Assembly: GCA_963675215.1 (NCBI GenBank)
Contig: OY775914.1
Coordinates: 11,181 to 75,180, forward strand
Source of the DNA: Bacteroidales bacterium
Lineage (GTDB): Bacteria; Bacteroidota; Bacteroidia; Bacteroidales; GCA-2711565
Length of the DNA: 64,000 nt
Direction of reading: 5' to 3'
In this document: positions 54,571 through 64,000 of the stretch, piece after piece
Layout: each line of letters starts with the position of its first letter
How positions within the stretch are numbered: the first letter of the stretch is position 1
Notes under the pieces: model-generated
What the model was told of the DNA's origin: nothing
The model's input: the letters and a program-made list of their open reading frames with translations, nothing else
Database searches by the model: none
Translations under genes and position numbers: made by a program

Positions 54571-55242
54571 GTGCCAAAAAATAAAATTCGAAAGTTTAAC
54601 GAAAATCTTACTTTTCCCCATCTCTTTCAACTGGGATACCATGAACTAATGGATCATGGGTTTAATTTGAAGGGAAATTGGTCAAAGTCTTTTTTTAAAA
54701 ATGAGCATCCCATCATTCTTGAGCTAGGATGTGGAAAGGGTGAATACACGGTTGGCCTTGCAAAAAAACACCCTGCTAATAATTATATAGGCGTCGATGT
54801 TAAAGGGGCCCGATTGTGGCGGGGCGCGAAATCATCTGAAGAATTAAAGTTAAATAATGTAGCTTTTATTCGTGCAAAAATTGAGTTAATTGATTTCTTT
54901 TTTACAAAAAACGAGATTGATGAAATTTGGATTACGTTTCCTGATCCTCAGCCCAAATTACATAAAGCTCATAAAAGATTAATTTCACCACGACTCTTAA
55001 GCTTGTACCAAAAATTTCTTAAACCAAATGGGATTATTCATTTGAAAACAGACAATGTTGGTTTGTTTGATTATTGCATGGAGGTGATTGAAACAAATAA
55101 ACATCAGCTTATTTATCAAACCAAAGATTTATATCATTCTGATCTCGAAGAAGATGTTATAAGTATTCAAACCTTTTACGAAAAACAATACCTTGCACAA
55201 GGAAAGAAGATTAATTATTTAAAATTTTGCCTTCATGAATGA
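54571..55242 (+). CDS. trmB: tRNA (guanine46-N7)-methyltransferase
   Basis: 223 aa with a GTG start. Motifs: ILELGCGKGEYTV and ITFPDPQPK. Confidence 0.85.
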   Translation: MPKNKIRKFNENLTFPHLFQLGYHELMDHGFNLKGNWSKSFFKNEHPIILELGCGKGEYTVGLAKKHPANNYIGVDVKGARLWRGAKSSEELKLNNVAFIRAKIELIDFFFTKNEIDEIWITFPDPQPKLHKAHKRLISPRLLSLYQKFLKPNGIIHLKTDNVGLFDYCMEVIETNKHQLIYQTKDLYHSDLEEDVISIQTFYEKQYLAQGKKINYLKFCLHE

Positions 55243-55570
55243 TGAGCTTCCATTCTTTAAAAAAGTGCATCAAGTTGCACAACTTATTCCTTATGGCCGA
55301 TTTACCACTTATGGAGCTATTGCGGAATATTTAGGCAGTAAAGGCTCAGCCCGAATGGTTGGTTGGGCCATGAATGGTTCACATCATGCAAAAGAAGATA
55401 TTCCTGCCCATCGGGTTGTCAATCGGATTGGAATGTTAACCGGAAAGCACCATTTTGGAGAAGCCTCCTTAATGCAAAAACTGTTAGAGGCTGAAGGCAT
55501 AAAAGTTGAAAATGACCAAATTGTTGAATTTGAAAAATATTTTTGGAATCCTGCAAAAGAATTACTTTAA
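55235..55570 (+). CDS. Alkyltransferase-like (ATL) protein: MGMT DNA-binding domain without the acceptor Cys
   Basis: 111 aa. The active-site motif reads PAHRVVN, not PCHRV. It overlaps trmB by 8 nt. Confidence 0.7.
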   Translation: MNDELPFFKKVHQVAQLIPYGRFTTYGAIAEYLGSKGSARMVGWAMNGSHHAKEDIPAHRVVNRIGMLTGKHHFGEASLMQKLLEAEGIKVENDQIVEFEKYFWNPAKELL

Positions 55571-55641
55571 TTAAGTGCCATCTCACCTGAAATACTTAAT
55601 TTTACCAAATCTAAATAAGAATAAAGCTTAAAAATTACAGC

Positions 55642-56676
55642 ATGCAAAAAGAATCCGTATTTGAGAAGTTAAAACAAGTTATTTATTTTCCCAAGAGAGA
55701 TAATATTGTTGACTTGAAAATGATCGAGAATTTTAAGATTAATAAAGAAGAAGTGAGTTTCAATCTTGTATTTCCGGATTTGAACGATCCTGGGATTAAG
55801 GCGATGTTGGAAAATTGCACATCGGTTATTAAGAAAGAATTTGGCGAAAATATTCAAGTTGAAATAAATCCAATCGCACAAAAAGAGAGTGGAGAAGGTC
55901 CTTTATCCGGAGTTAAACACATCATTGCCATCGCCTCAGGGAAAGGCGGTGTCGGAAAATCAACCGTGGCAAGTAATTTAGCCATTGCATTATCTAAAAA
56001 AGGTAAAAAAGTTGCACTGCTTGATGCAGATATTTATGGCCCTTCCATACCAATTATGTTTGGTTTAGAAGGCGCACGACCTACTGCAAAGGAAATTGAC
56101 GGCAAAACGAAAGTTGTTCCTCTTGAAAAATATGGAATCAAAATTCTTTCAATTGGATTTTTTGTAGATGCCAATCAAGCATTAATTTGGAGAGGCCCAA
56201 TGGCTTCCAGTGCTTTAAATCAATTATTTAATGATGCCACCTGGGGCGAAGTAGATTATATGTTAATTGACCTTCCTCCCGGAACGAGTGACATACATCT
56301 TACACTTACACAATCATACCCGGTTAGCGGTGCAATTCTTGTAACCACGCCTCAAAATGTGGCTATTGCCGATGTCAAAAAAGCAGTGTCAATGTTCGGG
56401 CAGGAGAAAATAAATGTTCCGATAATAGGAGTAGTTGAAAACATGTCTTATTTCACTCCGGCAGAGCTCCCTGAAAACAAATACTATATTTTTGGCAAAG
56501 GAAATACAAAAAAATTCGCAACTGAACTTAATATTCCTTTTTTAGGAGATATTCCACTGGTTGCCAGTATTGCAGAATCAGGAGATTCCGGAAGTCCGAT
56601 TACTTTGGACGATGACAGCCCCATCGCTGAATCTTATGCGAAATTGGCTGAAAATGTGATGAGAAGAATAAAATAG
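55642..56676 (+). CDS. Mrp/NBP35/ApbC-family Fe-S cluster carrier ATPase
   Basis: 344 aa with an N-terminal DUF59-like domain. It has the deviant Walker A motif ASGKGGVGKST. Confidence 0.85.
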   Translation: MQKESVFEKLKQVIYFPKRDNIVDLKMIENFKINKEEVSFNLVFPDLNDPGIKAMLENCTSVIKKEFGENIQVEINPIAQKESGEGPLSGVKHIIAIASGKGGVGKSTVASNLAIALSKKGKKVALLDADIYGPSIPIMFGLEGARPTAKEIDGKTKVVPLEKYGIKILSIGFFVDANQALIWRGPMASSALNQLFNDATWGEVDYMLIDLPPGTSDIHLTLTQSYPVSGAILVTTPQNVAIADVKKAVSMFGQEKINVPIIGVVENMSYFTPAELPENKYYIFGKGNTKKFATELNIPFLGDIPLVASIAESGDSGSPITLDDDSPIAESYAKLAENVMRRIK

Positions 56677-56748
56677 CATTAACAATAGAGCGTGAATTGT
56701 AAATAGATTTTAATACATTTGCATTCTTAAAATTTAAAGGAAACATCG

Positions 56749-56997
56749 ATGAGCGAAAATAATAAAGAATTAGAGCAGAAAGTACTAAATATAATTGACC
56801 AGGTTCGTCCTTACCTTCAGCAGGATGGTGGTGATATTAAATTTGTAAATATTACTGATGATATGGTTGTTAATGTTGAATTAATGGGCGCTTGCGGAGC
56901 ATGCCCTTACAGCACAATGACACTCAAGAATGGGGTTGAAACTGCGGTTAAAAAGGCATTACCACAAATTAAATCGGTTGAAGCCATAAATCTGTAA
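56749..56997 (+). CDS. NifU/Nfu C-terminal-domain Fe-S scaffold protein
   Basis: 82 aa. Motif: GGDIKFV...LMGACGACPYS. Confidence 0.8.
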   Translation: MSENNKELEQKVLNIIDQVRPYLQQDGGDIKFVNITDDMVVNVELMGACGACPYSTMTLKNGVETAVKKALPQIKSVEAINL

Positions 56998-57004
56998 ACA
57001 GATT

Positions 57005-58645
57005 TCAGGATAGATATTTTGCGACGATGGGCATACGTCTGCCCATTCCAAATGCTTTTGGCGACACCCTCAAAATAGGGGGTGTTTGATAGCGTTTATA
57101 TTCGGTTGTATTTACCATCTTCAATGTTCGATCAACAATTTCTTCATCGAAACCCATTTTCTTTAATTCCACCGGCCCTTTTCGGAGTTCGATATAATTA
57201 TATAAAATTTGATCTAAAATTCCATAATCAGGCAATGAGTCCGAATCCTTTTGATTTGGACGAAGTTCTGCAGATGGTGGTTTTGTAATTGTATTTTCGG
57301 GAATAAGCTTTCCATTTCGATTAATAAATCTGGCTAATTCAAAAACTTCTGTTTTATAAACATCCCCCAACACAGAAATTCCACCATTCATATCGCCATA
57401 CAAGGTACCATAACCCACAGCTGCCTCACTTTTGTTTGAGGTATTCAGCAGTATGGAGCCAAATTTATTGGATAAAGCCATCAATATTACCCCTCTAATT
57501 CTCGCCTGAATATTCTCTTCAGCAAGATCGAATGGCAAATCTTTGAATTGATTTTGTAAACTATCTTCCACAGATTTATATGCATTTTCAATAGGAATAA
57601 TATCGTAATTACATTTTAAATTTATGGCTAATTGCCTGGCATCTTCGATCGAATGATTTGAAGAGAACTGCGAAGGCAGTAAAATACCACTTACATTCTC
57701 AGCTCCCAATGCTTTTACAGCAATTGCAGCTGTTACGGCAGAATCTATTCCACCTGATAAGCCTAAAATTGCCTTTTTAAATCCCAATTTATGAAAGTAA
57801 TTCCGCACACCCATCACCAATCCCTCGTAAATCAATTCAATTTTTGATGATTGATTGGTTATAACCACTTCTGCTTTATACGCTATTACTTCTTCTAAAT
57901 CTACAACTTGAAGATCTTCTTCAAAATAATTACTTTCGCATACCAGTGCTCCTTTTGAATTATAAGCTAAGGAGCCACCATCAAATAGCAGTTCTGTCTG
58001 TGCGCCCACATGATTCACATAAATCAATGGAATTTTATATTTATTTACATTTTTCAACAATGTTTCTTTCCTGGATTCAGCTTGTGAATAATGAAAAGGG
58101 GAAGCTGCAATATTTATCATTAAATCAGGTCGCTCTTTATTCAACTCATCCATTGGATTAACCGTGTATAAAGGATTATCCTCTACATTCCATAAATCTT
58201 CGCAAATGGTTAGTGCAATTTTTTTACCCCTGTAATTAATGATATTAAATTCAGTTGCAGGCTCAAAATACCGGTATTCATCAAAGATGTCGTAGGTTGG
58301 TAACAAACCTTTATGATGCACCGAAATAATTTTTTGATCTTTAATAAATACCGCTGAATTAAATAATCGCTTTCCTTTAATGCTTTTATTTCTGATTGGC
58401 GCACCTACGATGACTGCAAGATTTTTTGTTTTCTTGGCAATTTCCTCAATACCTGCCCAACATTTATCAATATAATCATCAAACTCCAGAAAATCCCTCG
58501 GTGGATATCCTGAAATGGCAAGCTCTGCAAAAACTACCAATTCAGCTCCAAGTTCTTTGGCTTGATGAATGCTCGAAAATATTTTTTCAAGATTTTGATC
58601 AAAGTTACCAATGTGATAATTGATTTGGGCAATCGCTATTTTCAT
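57005..58645 (-). CDS. nadE: Glutamine-dependent NAD+ synthetase
   Basis: 546 aa. It has an N-terminal CN-hydrolase domain (FAELAISGY, ICEDLW) and an NAD synthase domain (LGLSGGIDSAV). Confidence 0.9.
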   Translation of the reverse strand: MKIAIAQINYHIGNFDQNLEKIFSSIHQAKELGAELVVFAELAISGYPPRDFLEFDDYIDKCWAGIEEIAKKTKNLAVIVGAPIRNKSIKGKRLFNSAVFIKDQKIISVHHKGLLPTYDIFDEYRYFEPATEFNIINYRGKKIALTICEDLWNVEDNPLYTVNPMDELNKERPDLMINIAASPFHYSQAESRKETLLKNVNKYKIPLIYVNHVGAQTELLFDGGSLAYNSKGALVCESNYFEEDLQVVDLEEVIAYKAEVVITNQSSKIELIYEGLVMGVRNYFHKLGFKKAILGLSGGIDSAVTAAIAVKALGAENVSGILLPSQFSSNHSIEDARQLAINLKCNYDIIPIENAYKSVEDSLQNQFKDLPFDLAEENIQARIRGVILMALSNKFGSILLNTSNKSEAAVGYGTLYGDMNGGISVLGDVYKTEVFELARFINRNGKLIPENTITKPPSAELRPNQKDSDSLPDYGILDQILYNYIELRKGPVELKKMGFDEEIVDRTLKMVNTTEYKRYQTPPILRVSPKAFGMGRRMPIVAKYLS

Positions 58646-58663
58646 TTTAAATTCCTTGTTTTT

Positions 58664-59356
58664 TTAGAAGAGGAAGCTCACATATAATTCAATAAAATTG
58701 TTAATTGCAATTTGCTTAATTGCAGGATTTATTTTATTCTGATCTTTCAAAATATCATTAATACCATTATTAAAATTGAGTCCTGTAATTAGTACGTTCG
58801 ACCCTCCCATTGCATACTCCATTCCAACCCCAACAATTACCGAATATCTTGCAAATTTCAGTTCGTTGTAAATATTATTTTCTTCATTTACCTGCCCTGC
58901 TTCTCCAGCATTAAATTTATCTTTTGAGTTCCCCGATAGCATAAAGTTTAACTCTACTCCTATTTGTCCGAAAAGTCGTTTTTTAGCAAATTCGTTTGTT
59001 TTCATCCTGAAAATTAACGGGACCCCAATGTATTTAAAATTATACAACCGGTGTAATTCGCCTTCAACAGAATTCCCTCCTATGGTTTTTAAATCGGGAT
59101 AAGTGATTGCTGTTCGCAATAAAGTAATATTAATCCCGGAGTGGATATCATAGTTCTCCATTAAATGGAATTTTGTTACTAAACCCCAACTAATTCCGGC
59201 TTTTATTCCATCATTTTCGTAGCCTTCTGAATTGGGTTTCATCCAGCCAAAATTAGGGGCTAGTCTCATCCCAAATAAAAATGGTTTTTCCTGAGTTTTG
59301 CCTGGCTTGGCTGTTATAAGGAATAAAACCAACAATCCAATGATAACCTTATTCAT
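58664..59356 (-). CDS. Outer-membrane beta-barrel protein (PorT/OmpW-like porin family)
   Basis: 230 aa with a signal peptide, an alternating beta-strand pattern and a terminal aromatic residue (SFLF). Confidence 0.55.
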   Translation of the reverse strand: MNKVIIGLLVLFLITAKPGKTQEKPFLFGMRLAPNFGWMKPNSEGYENDGIKAGISWGLVTKFHLMENYDIHSGINITLLRTAITYPDLKTIGGNSVEGELHRLYNFKYIGVPLIFRMKTNEFAKKRLFGQIGVELNFMLSGNSKDKFNAGEAGQVNEENNIYNELKFARYSVIVGVGMEYAMGGSNVLITGLNFNNGINDILKDQNKINPAIKQIAINNFIELYVSFLF

Positions 59357-59698
59357 GAGTAAAATTTAAATTTACTTGGCTTACCTAATCCGGGTATGTC
59401 TATTATAAAACTAATTTGAAGCATTAAAACACTAACAATATAGTCTAATTTGTTTTTTCCAAATACCCATATTACTATTAACAAAAGTAATTAAATCAGT
59501 ATTAATACACTATAATATTTGCTAAAGATGACCGTTATTAAAATACGTTAATTAAAGTTTAACGAGGTTTTTATGAAAAGCTTATATTTGCTTAAGCAAT
59601 TTTTGTTAAAAATATGCTTTGATATTTGAAACTTTACGATCAAATAATAGTAAAAACTTAGCAATCATCAACCTTGAAAATAATAAACAGCTAATATC

Positions 59699-60292
59699 AT
59701 GAAAAAATTTATTTTAATCTTAACCATTACATTTTTTGCGACAACCGCATTTTCGCAAATTTCATTTGGCCCAAAAATTGGGTACAACACTTCAAAACTT
59801 TCTGTCGACAAAAGCGACATCAAATCTGATCTCCGAAGCAGTTTTCAGTTTGGTGCATTCTTAAGACTCGGAACAAAAATTTATGTTCAGCCGGAAATTA
59901 ACTGGATTACTGAAGGTGGTGTATTTAAACAAGAAACCGGAGGAATAAATCTTGAGGATGACATCAAATTAAGCACTATTCAAATCCCGTTTTTGATTGG
60001 GCTCAAAGCAATCGATTTAAAGGTAGCCAATATTAGAATCTTTGGAGGTCCTGCAGCTTCAATCGTTACTGAAAAAACCATTGATGGACCTAACGATCTT
60101 GGAATTGATGTAGAGAACTTTGAAGATTTAATTTGGAGTTTACAAATTGGTGCCGGTGTGGATGTATTAATGTTAACACTTGATATTCGTTATAATATCG
60201 GACTTTCTAAAGTGATAGGAGATGTAGGCCCTGTTACCTTTGATTCTAAAACCAACGGATTTATTGTTTCACTCGGCTGGAAGATTTTTTAA
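59699..60292 (+). CDS. Outer-membrane beta-barrel protein (porin family)
   Basis: 197 aa with a signal peptide. The start (AFSQISFGPKIGYN) is typical of this family. It ends in GWKIF. Confidence 0.6.
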   Translation: MKKFILILTITFFATTAFSQISFGPKIGYNTSKLSVDKSDIKSDLRSSFQFGAFLRLGTKIYVQPEINWITEGGVFKQETGGINLEDDIKLSTIQIPFLIGLKAIDLKVANIRIFGGPAASIVTEKTIDGPNDLGIDVENFEDLIWSLQIGAGVDVLMLTLDIRYNIGLSKVIGDVGPVTFDSKTNGFIVSLGWKIF

Positions 60293-60314
60293 TTGACATT
60301 TTATTGATTTGAAA

Positions 60315-60350
60315 GGATGCCGAATCGAATGATTTGGCATCTTTTGTTTT
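60315..60350 (+). terminator. Intrinsic terminator
   Basis: GGATGCCGAATC-gaat-GATTTGGCATCT forms a ~11-bp stem including a G:U. It is followed by TTTTGTTTT. Confidence 0.75.
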
Positions 60351-60366
60351 ATTTAAAAATAAGGTC

Positions 60367-61368
60367 TTGAAAACAAAATTTATTCTTTCAATTTTCCTAA
60401 CTACTCTCTTAGTTTCATGTGGAAATGATAAGTCCCAAAGATTAGATGTTGACATTTCAAATGTTGAGATTGGTGAATTCGGGATTCGTCGCTATGAGCA
60501 GGATCTTTTTAAGATAAATCCTGATGAAATTCAACAGGGGTTGAAAGCCATCCAAGAAAAATATATTGTCTTCCTAGCAGCTGACTTAACTGACTCATCC
60601 AACCTCAATCAAATAAAAGATTTTATTACCGACCCGGAATTAATTCAGGCATATAACGAAATTGAAGCTCAATTTCCCAGCCTTGAATTATTAAATTCTG
60701 AGCTTGAAGAAGCGTTAAAATATTACAAGTTCCATTTCCCTGATAATCCTAATTTCTCTGTATACTCTTACATATCAGGGTTTCAATATGAATACCCTGT
60801 TCAAATTGCAGACAACACCATGATCATTGGTTTGGATTCGTACCTCGGAACCGGTTTTCAAACTTATTACCAGATGGGAATTCCTGCTTACAAGATTGAA
60901 CGAATGCAGTCTTCTTACATTGCAGTTGACTGTATGAAAGAAATTGCCCGACAATTAATTGTACCACCACCGCCTGCATCAACTTTTCTCGATGAAATTA
61001 TCTATTATGGGAAAATCATGTACTTTTTAGATGCAACACTGCATAAAAAAGCAGATCATTTAAAGATTGGGTTCCCAAAAGAAAAATTAGCATGGTGTTT
61101 CGAAAACGAAAGTAATTTATGGGCCTTCATTATCGACAATCAAATTTTGTTCAGTGCAGATTATGAAATCATTAGAAAGTTTATTACAGATGGCCCGTTT
61201 ACCGCTGCATTTTCAAATGATTCACCAGCAAGAATTGGGGTTTGGTTTGGATGGCAAATTATTAAATCATTCATGGATCACAATACCGATGTTAGCTTAG
61301 CCGAGCTATTTAAAAATTCTGACAGCAAAATTATATTCTCGAAATCAAAATATAAGCCTATTAAATAA
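60367..61368 (+). CDS. GldB-like gliding-motility lipoprotein
   Basis: There is no in-frame ATG. I prefer TTG at 60367 (MKTKFILSIFLTTLLVSCGND, a lipobox) over the track start at 60334, which lies inside the upstream terminator. Size, lipobox and the position next to nadE fit GldB. The family call is from memory only. Confidence 0.45.
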   Translation: MKTKFILSIFLTTLLVSCGNDKSQRLDVDISNVEIGEFGIRRYEQDLFKINPDEIQQGLKAIQEKYIVFLAADLTDSSNLNQIKDFITDPELIQAYNEIEAQFPSLELLNSELEEALKYYKFHFPDNPNFSVYSYISGFQYEYPVQIADNTMIIGLDSYLGTGFQTYYQMGIPAYKIERMQSSYIAVDCMKEIARQLIVPPPPASTFLDEIIYYGKIMYFLDATLHKKADHLKIGFPKEKLAWCFENESNLWAFIIDNQILFSADYEIIRKFITDGPFTAAFSNDSPARIGVWFGWQIIKSFMDHNTDVSLAELFKNSDSKIIFSKSKYKPIK

Positions 61369-61451
61369 GCCATTATTTTACAGAATTCTGCGACATTTCC
61401 TATTTCCTGGTATTAAAATTACCTGCCGGTAAAATGCGTGGGAAAAATATT

Positions 61452-62990
61452 ATGTTAGTAAAAACCTATGGAAGTGCTATTATAGGTATTGATGCCTTGA
61501 CCATCACCATTGAGGTCGAGGTTGGTCGAGGAATTAATTTTTATTTAGTTGGTCTACCTGATAGTGCTGTGAAAGAAAGTCAACAACGAATTGAATCTGC
61601 ACTTTCACAAGTTGGCTATAAATATCCGGGTAAAAAAATTGTTATAAACATGGCACCCGCAGATATCCGAAAAGAAGGCTCTTCATATGACCTGCCTTTG
61701 GCGATTGGAATTTTAGCAGCTTCCGAACAAATAAAAAGTGATCTCCTTTCGGACTATATCATCATGGGAGAACTCTCCTTAGATGGAAGTTTAAATCCGA
61801 TAAAAGGTGCTTTGCCTATTGCAATTTCGGCCTTAGAGAATGGATTTAAAGGCATCATTATTCCTAAATCAAATGCAATTGAAGCCGCCATCGTTAGCAA
61901 ACTTGAAGTGCTGGGTGCCGAAAATATTACTGAAGTTATTGAACATTTAGATGGGAAAAAAGCGATTACTCCTTGCATCATCGATACGCGAAAGGAATTT
62001 TACACACAACTCAATCATTATGAATTTGATTTTTCGGAAGTAAAAGGACAGGAAAATATCAAGCGTGCCCTGGAAATTTCAGCAGCGGGAGGCCATAATG
62101 CCATTCTTATCGGCCCTCCGGGTTCAGGAAAAACCATGCTGGCTAAACGCATGCCCTCCATCCTTCCACCATTAAATTTAAAGGAAGCACTGGAGACGAC
62201 TAAAATTCATTCGGTAGCCGGTAAAATGCAAAGTCATAAAGGTTTGATTACCGTCCGGCCTTTTCGTTCTCCACATCATACCATTAGTGATGCGGGACTT
62301 GTTGGTGGCGGCACTTTTCCTCAACCCGGGGAAATAACACTTGCTCAAAATGGCGTTTTGTTTTTAGATGAACTTCCTGAATTTAAGAGAACGGTTTTGG
62401 AAGTAATGCGACAACCGATGGAAGACAGAAAAGTTACGATTTCAAGAGCAAAAATATCCGTCGAATATCCTGCAAATTTTATGTTAATAGCTGCCATGAA
62501 TCCTTGTCCTTGTGGTTATTACAACCACCCTGATCAGGAATGCGTTTGCGCACCCGGCATGGTACAAAAATATTTAAATCGAATTTCAGGGCCTTTATTG
62601 GACAGGATTGATATCCATGTAGAAGTTGTACCCGTTCCGGTTGATGTCCTATCCGACAACAGACCAAGTGAAAAAAGTGAAGTGACTAGAGAAAGGGTTA
62701 TTCAGGCTCGGAAAATACAGGAAATTAGATTCGCTGAGAGTGAAACAACTCATTGTAATGCGCAGATGTCAACAAAGCAGCTCCGATCACTTTGTAAAAT
62801 TGATGACAGTGGCCAACAATTATTAAAAAATGCCATCAACAAATTAAACCTTTCAGCACGAGCTTACGACCGTATTATTAAAGTGTCCCGTACAATCGCT
62901 GACCTTGACAATTCAGAACAAATACAAACAGATCATTTAGCCGAAGCCATTCACTACCGCAGCCTCGATAGGGAGAATTGGGGGAATTAA
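61452..62990 (+). CDS. YifB/ComM-family Mg-chelatase-like AAA+ ATPase
   Basis: I prefer the start at MLVKTYGSAIIGIDA. It has a Lon-protease-like N-terminal domain and Walker A (GPPGSGKTMLAKR), followed by LFLDELPEF. Confidence 0.85.
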   Translation: MLVKTYGSAIIGIDALTITIEVEVGRGINFYLVGLPDSAVKESQQRIESALSQVGYKYPGKKIVINMAPADIRKEGSSYDLPLAIGILAASEQIKSDLLSDYIIMGELSLDGSLNPIKGALPIAISALENGFKGIIIPKSNAIEAAIVSKLEVLGAENITEVIEHLDGKKAITPCIIDTRKEFYTQLNHYEFDFSEVKGQENIKRALEISAAGGHNAILIGPPGSGKTMLAKRMPSILPPLNLKEALETTKIHSVAGKMQSHKGLITVRPFRSPHHTISDAGLVGGGTFPQPGEITLAQNGVLFLDELPEFKRTVLEVMRQPMEDRKVTISRAKISVEYPANFMLIAAMNPCPCGYYNHPDQECVCAPGMVQKYLNRISGPLLDRIDIHVEVVPVPVDVLSDNRPSEKSEVTRERVIQARKIQEIRFAESETTHCNAQMSTKQLRSLCKIDDSGQQLLKNAINKLNLSARAYDRIIKVSRTIADLDNSEQIQTDHLAEAIHYRSLDRENWGN

Positions 62991-63030
62991 ACAAAAACAA
63001 ATAGCATTTAAATAATTAAAAAAACAGCTG

Positions 63031-63183
63031 ATGAAAAAGAAAAAAGAAGTTGAGAAAACAAAACCGAAAGAAATCTTTAAATGCTATAAATGTGGTTTCA
63101 TAACCGATGATAAAACCAAATATTGCCCACAATGCCTGCAAGAAGAATTGCAGATTTTAATGCAACCTCTTATTGAAAAATAA
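63031..63183 (+). CDS. Small zinc-ribbon protein (50 aa)
   Basis: It is below the ORF-track size cutoff. My translation is MKKKKEVEKTKPKEIFKCYKCGFITDDKTKYCPQCLQEELQILMQPLIEK, with a CxxC-N11-CxxC arrangement. Confidence 0.4.
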   Translation: MKKKKEVEKTKPKEIFKCYKCGFITDDKTKYCPQCLQEELQILMQPLIEK

Positions 63184-63389
63184 AGAGTTAACGCCATTCC
63201 GGTTTCGCAAATTAGCGAAAATTGGTTCATTTCAACCTTCTTTTTGACTTAGGTCACTAATCACTTATACTACTAATCATCTAATATTTAGAATCCCAAA
63301 GAATTTAACAAAAATTAAATTCAATTTTAGGGGGACTTTCTTATAAGAAATGGAATAAAGAAAGTAATTTAATCGACAAAAAACACCAT

Positions 63390-64000
63390 ATGAAAAGAAG
63401 CCTCATAATTCTTGTATTAATCCTCCCATTATTATCAATGGCTCAATTCAAGATCAACCTAGGTATTAACCCGGGAGTTTCTAAAATTTATTCAAACGAT
63501 TCTTACTCCAAAAACCCGCACAATATTGGTATTTCGTTTAAGGCAGGTCTGGAAACCAATTACTTTTTTAATGAAAATTTCGGAATCGGAACCGGCGCAT
63601 CCTATTATTATAATAACGCCAATTGGTCATTTCATGGAACGGACATGGGTAATCTTACGTCGGAGTTTATCAGCTTGCCTGTGAATCTTTTTTACAGATT
63701 TAATAATCAAAAATTTGAAATAGTTTGGGGAGGCTCTGTAAACCTAAGATTAGGCAGCAATTATCCATTGCATGACTACGAAAATGGCAGTTATGATGAT
63801 GGATACATCAACTTACATGCTGGCTTCTCGTATTACCTCAACAATAAAACTAAAATTGGCTTTCTGTATGAGGCAGGAGTGCAACCCTTTGCTTCATATA
63901 AAGAAGATCACTCCCCTCACGCTCACGGAATATTATATTTTGCCAGAAATGCTTATATAACCTTAAGTTATAATATTTTCGACAATCATTTTAAAAATAT
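63390..64000 (+). CDS. Outer-membrane beta-barrel protein, 3' end outside the window
   Basis: The frame is open from the ATG at 63390 to the window edge. It has a signal peptide (MKRSLIILVLILPLLSMAQ) and a start (FKINLGINPGVSKIY) like the two OMP genes at 58.7-60.3 kb. Confidence 0.55.
   Translation, partial: MKRSLIILVLILPLLSMAQFKINLGINPGVSKIYSNDSYSKNPHNIGISFKAGLETNYFFNENFGIGTGASYYYNNANWSFHGTDMGNLTSEFISLPVNLFYRFNNQKFEIVWGGSVNLRLGSNYPLHDYENGSYDDGYINLHAGFSYYLNNKTKIGFLYEAGVQPFASYKEDHSPHAHGILYFARNAYITLSYNIFDNHFKN

Overview
AT-rich chromosomal segment that looks like Bacteroidota. The evidence is a TTTG-N19-TAnnTTTG promoter, GldB-like, SPOR and HU-like genes, and lipoprotein signal peptides. There are three parts. 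(1) 805-24205, all on the minus strand: a tightly packed glycoprotein or N-glycan catabolic cluster. It encodes GH92, GH20, glycosylasparaginase, two GH2 enzymes, two MFS sugar permeases, a NahK-like kinase with a nucleotidyltransferase, long-form NagB, two peptidases, and a Cys/Thr proline-racemase-family enzyme. (2) 24.2-35.9 kb: an accessory-looking stretch. Its centrepiece is a complete, apparently intact type II-C CRISPR-Cas9 locus. I predict a divergent tracrRNA with its own promoter, anti-repeat, nexus and terminator. It is followed by cas9 (1090 aa), cas1, cas2 and a 17-repeat array (36-nt repeats, 29-30-nt spacers). The array appears to be transcribed antisense to the cas genes, and it contains an internal duplication of two spacers. 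Next come three phased ACTAGT palindromes, an HU-like gene, an Ntn hydrolase and a secreted protein with four internal repeats. A tandem lipoprotein pair follows, bracketed by two copies of a structured element shaped like an inverted REP doublet. (3) 35.9-64 kb: mostly housekeeping genes (hutU, tgt, ispE, kdsB, trmB, nadE, and Mrp, NifU and YifB family genes). The exception is an unusual operon: GT2, ECF sigma, and a GH130-like enzyme fused to a response-regulator receiver, convergent with a long GT4. I saw no rRNA, tRNA, transposase or integrase genes. All functional calls come from motif recognition by eye, not from database searches.
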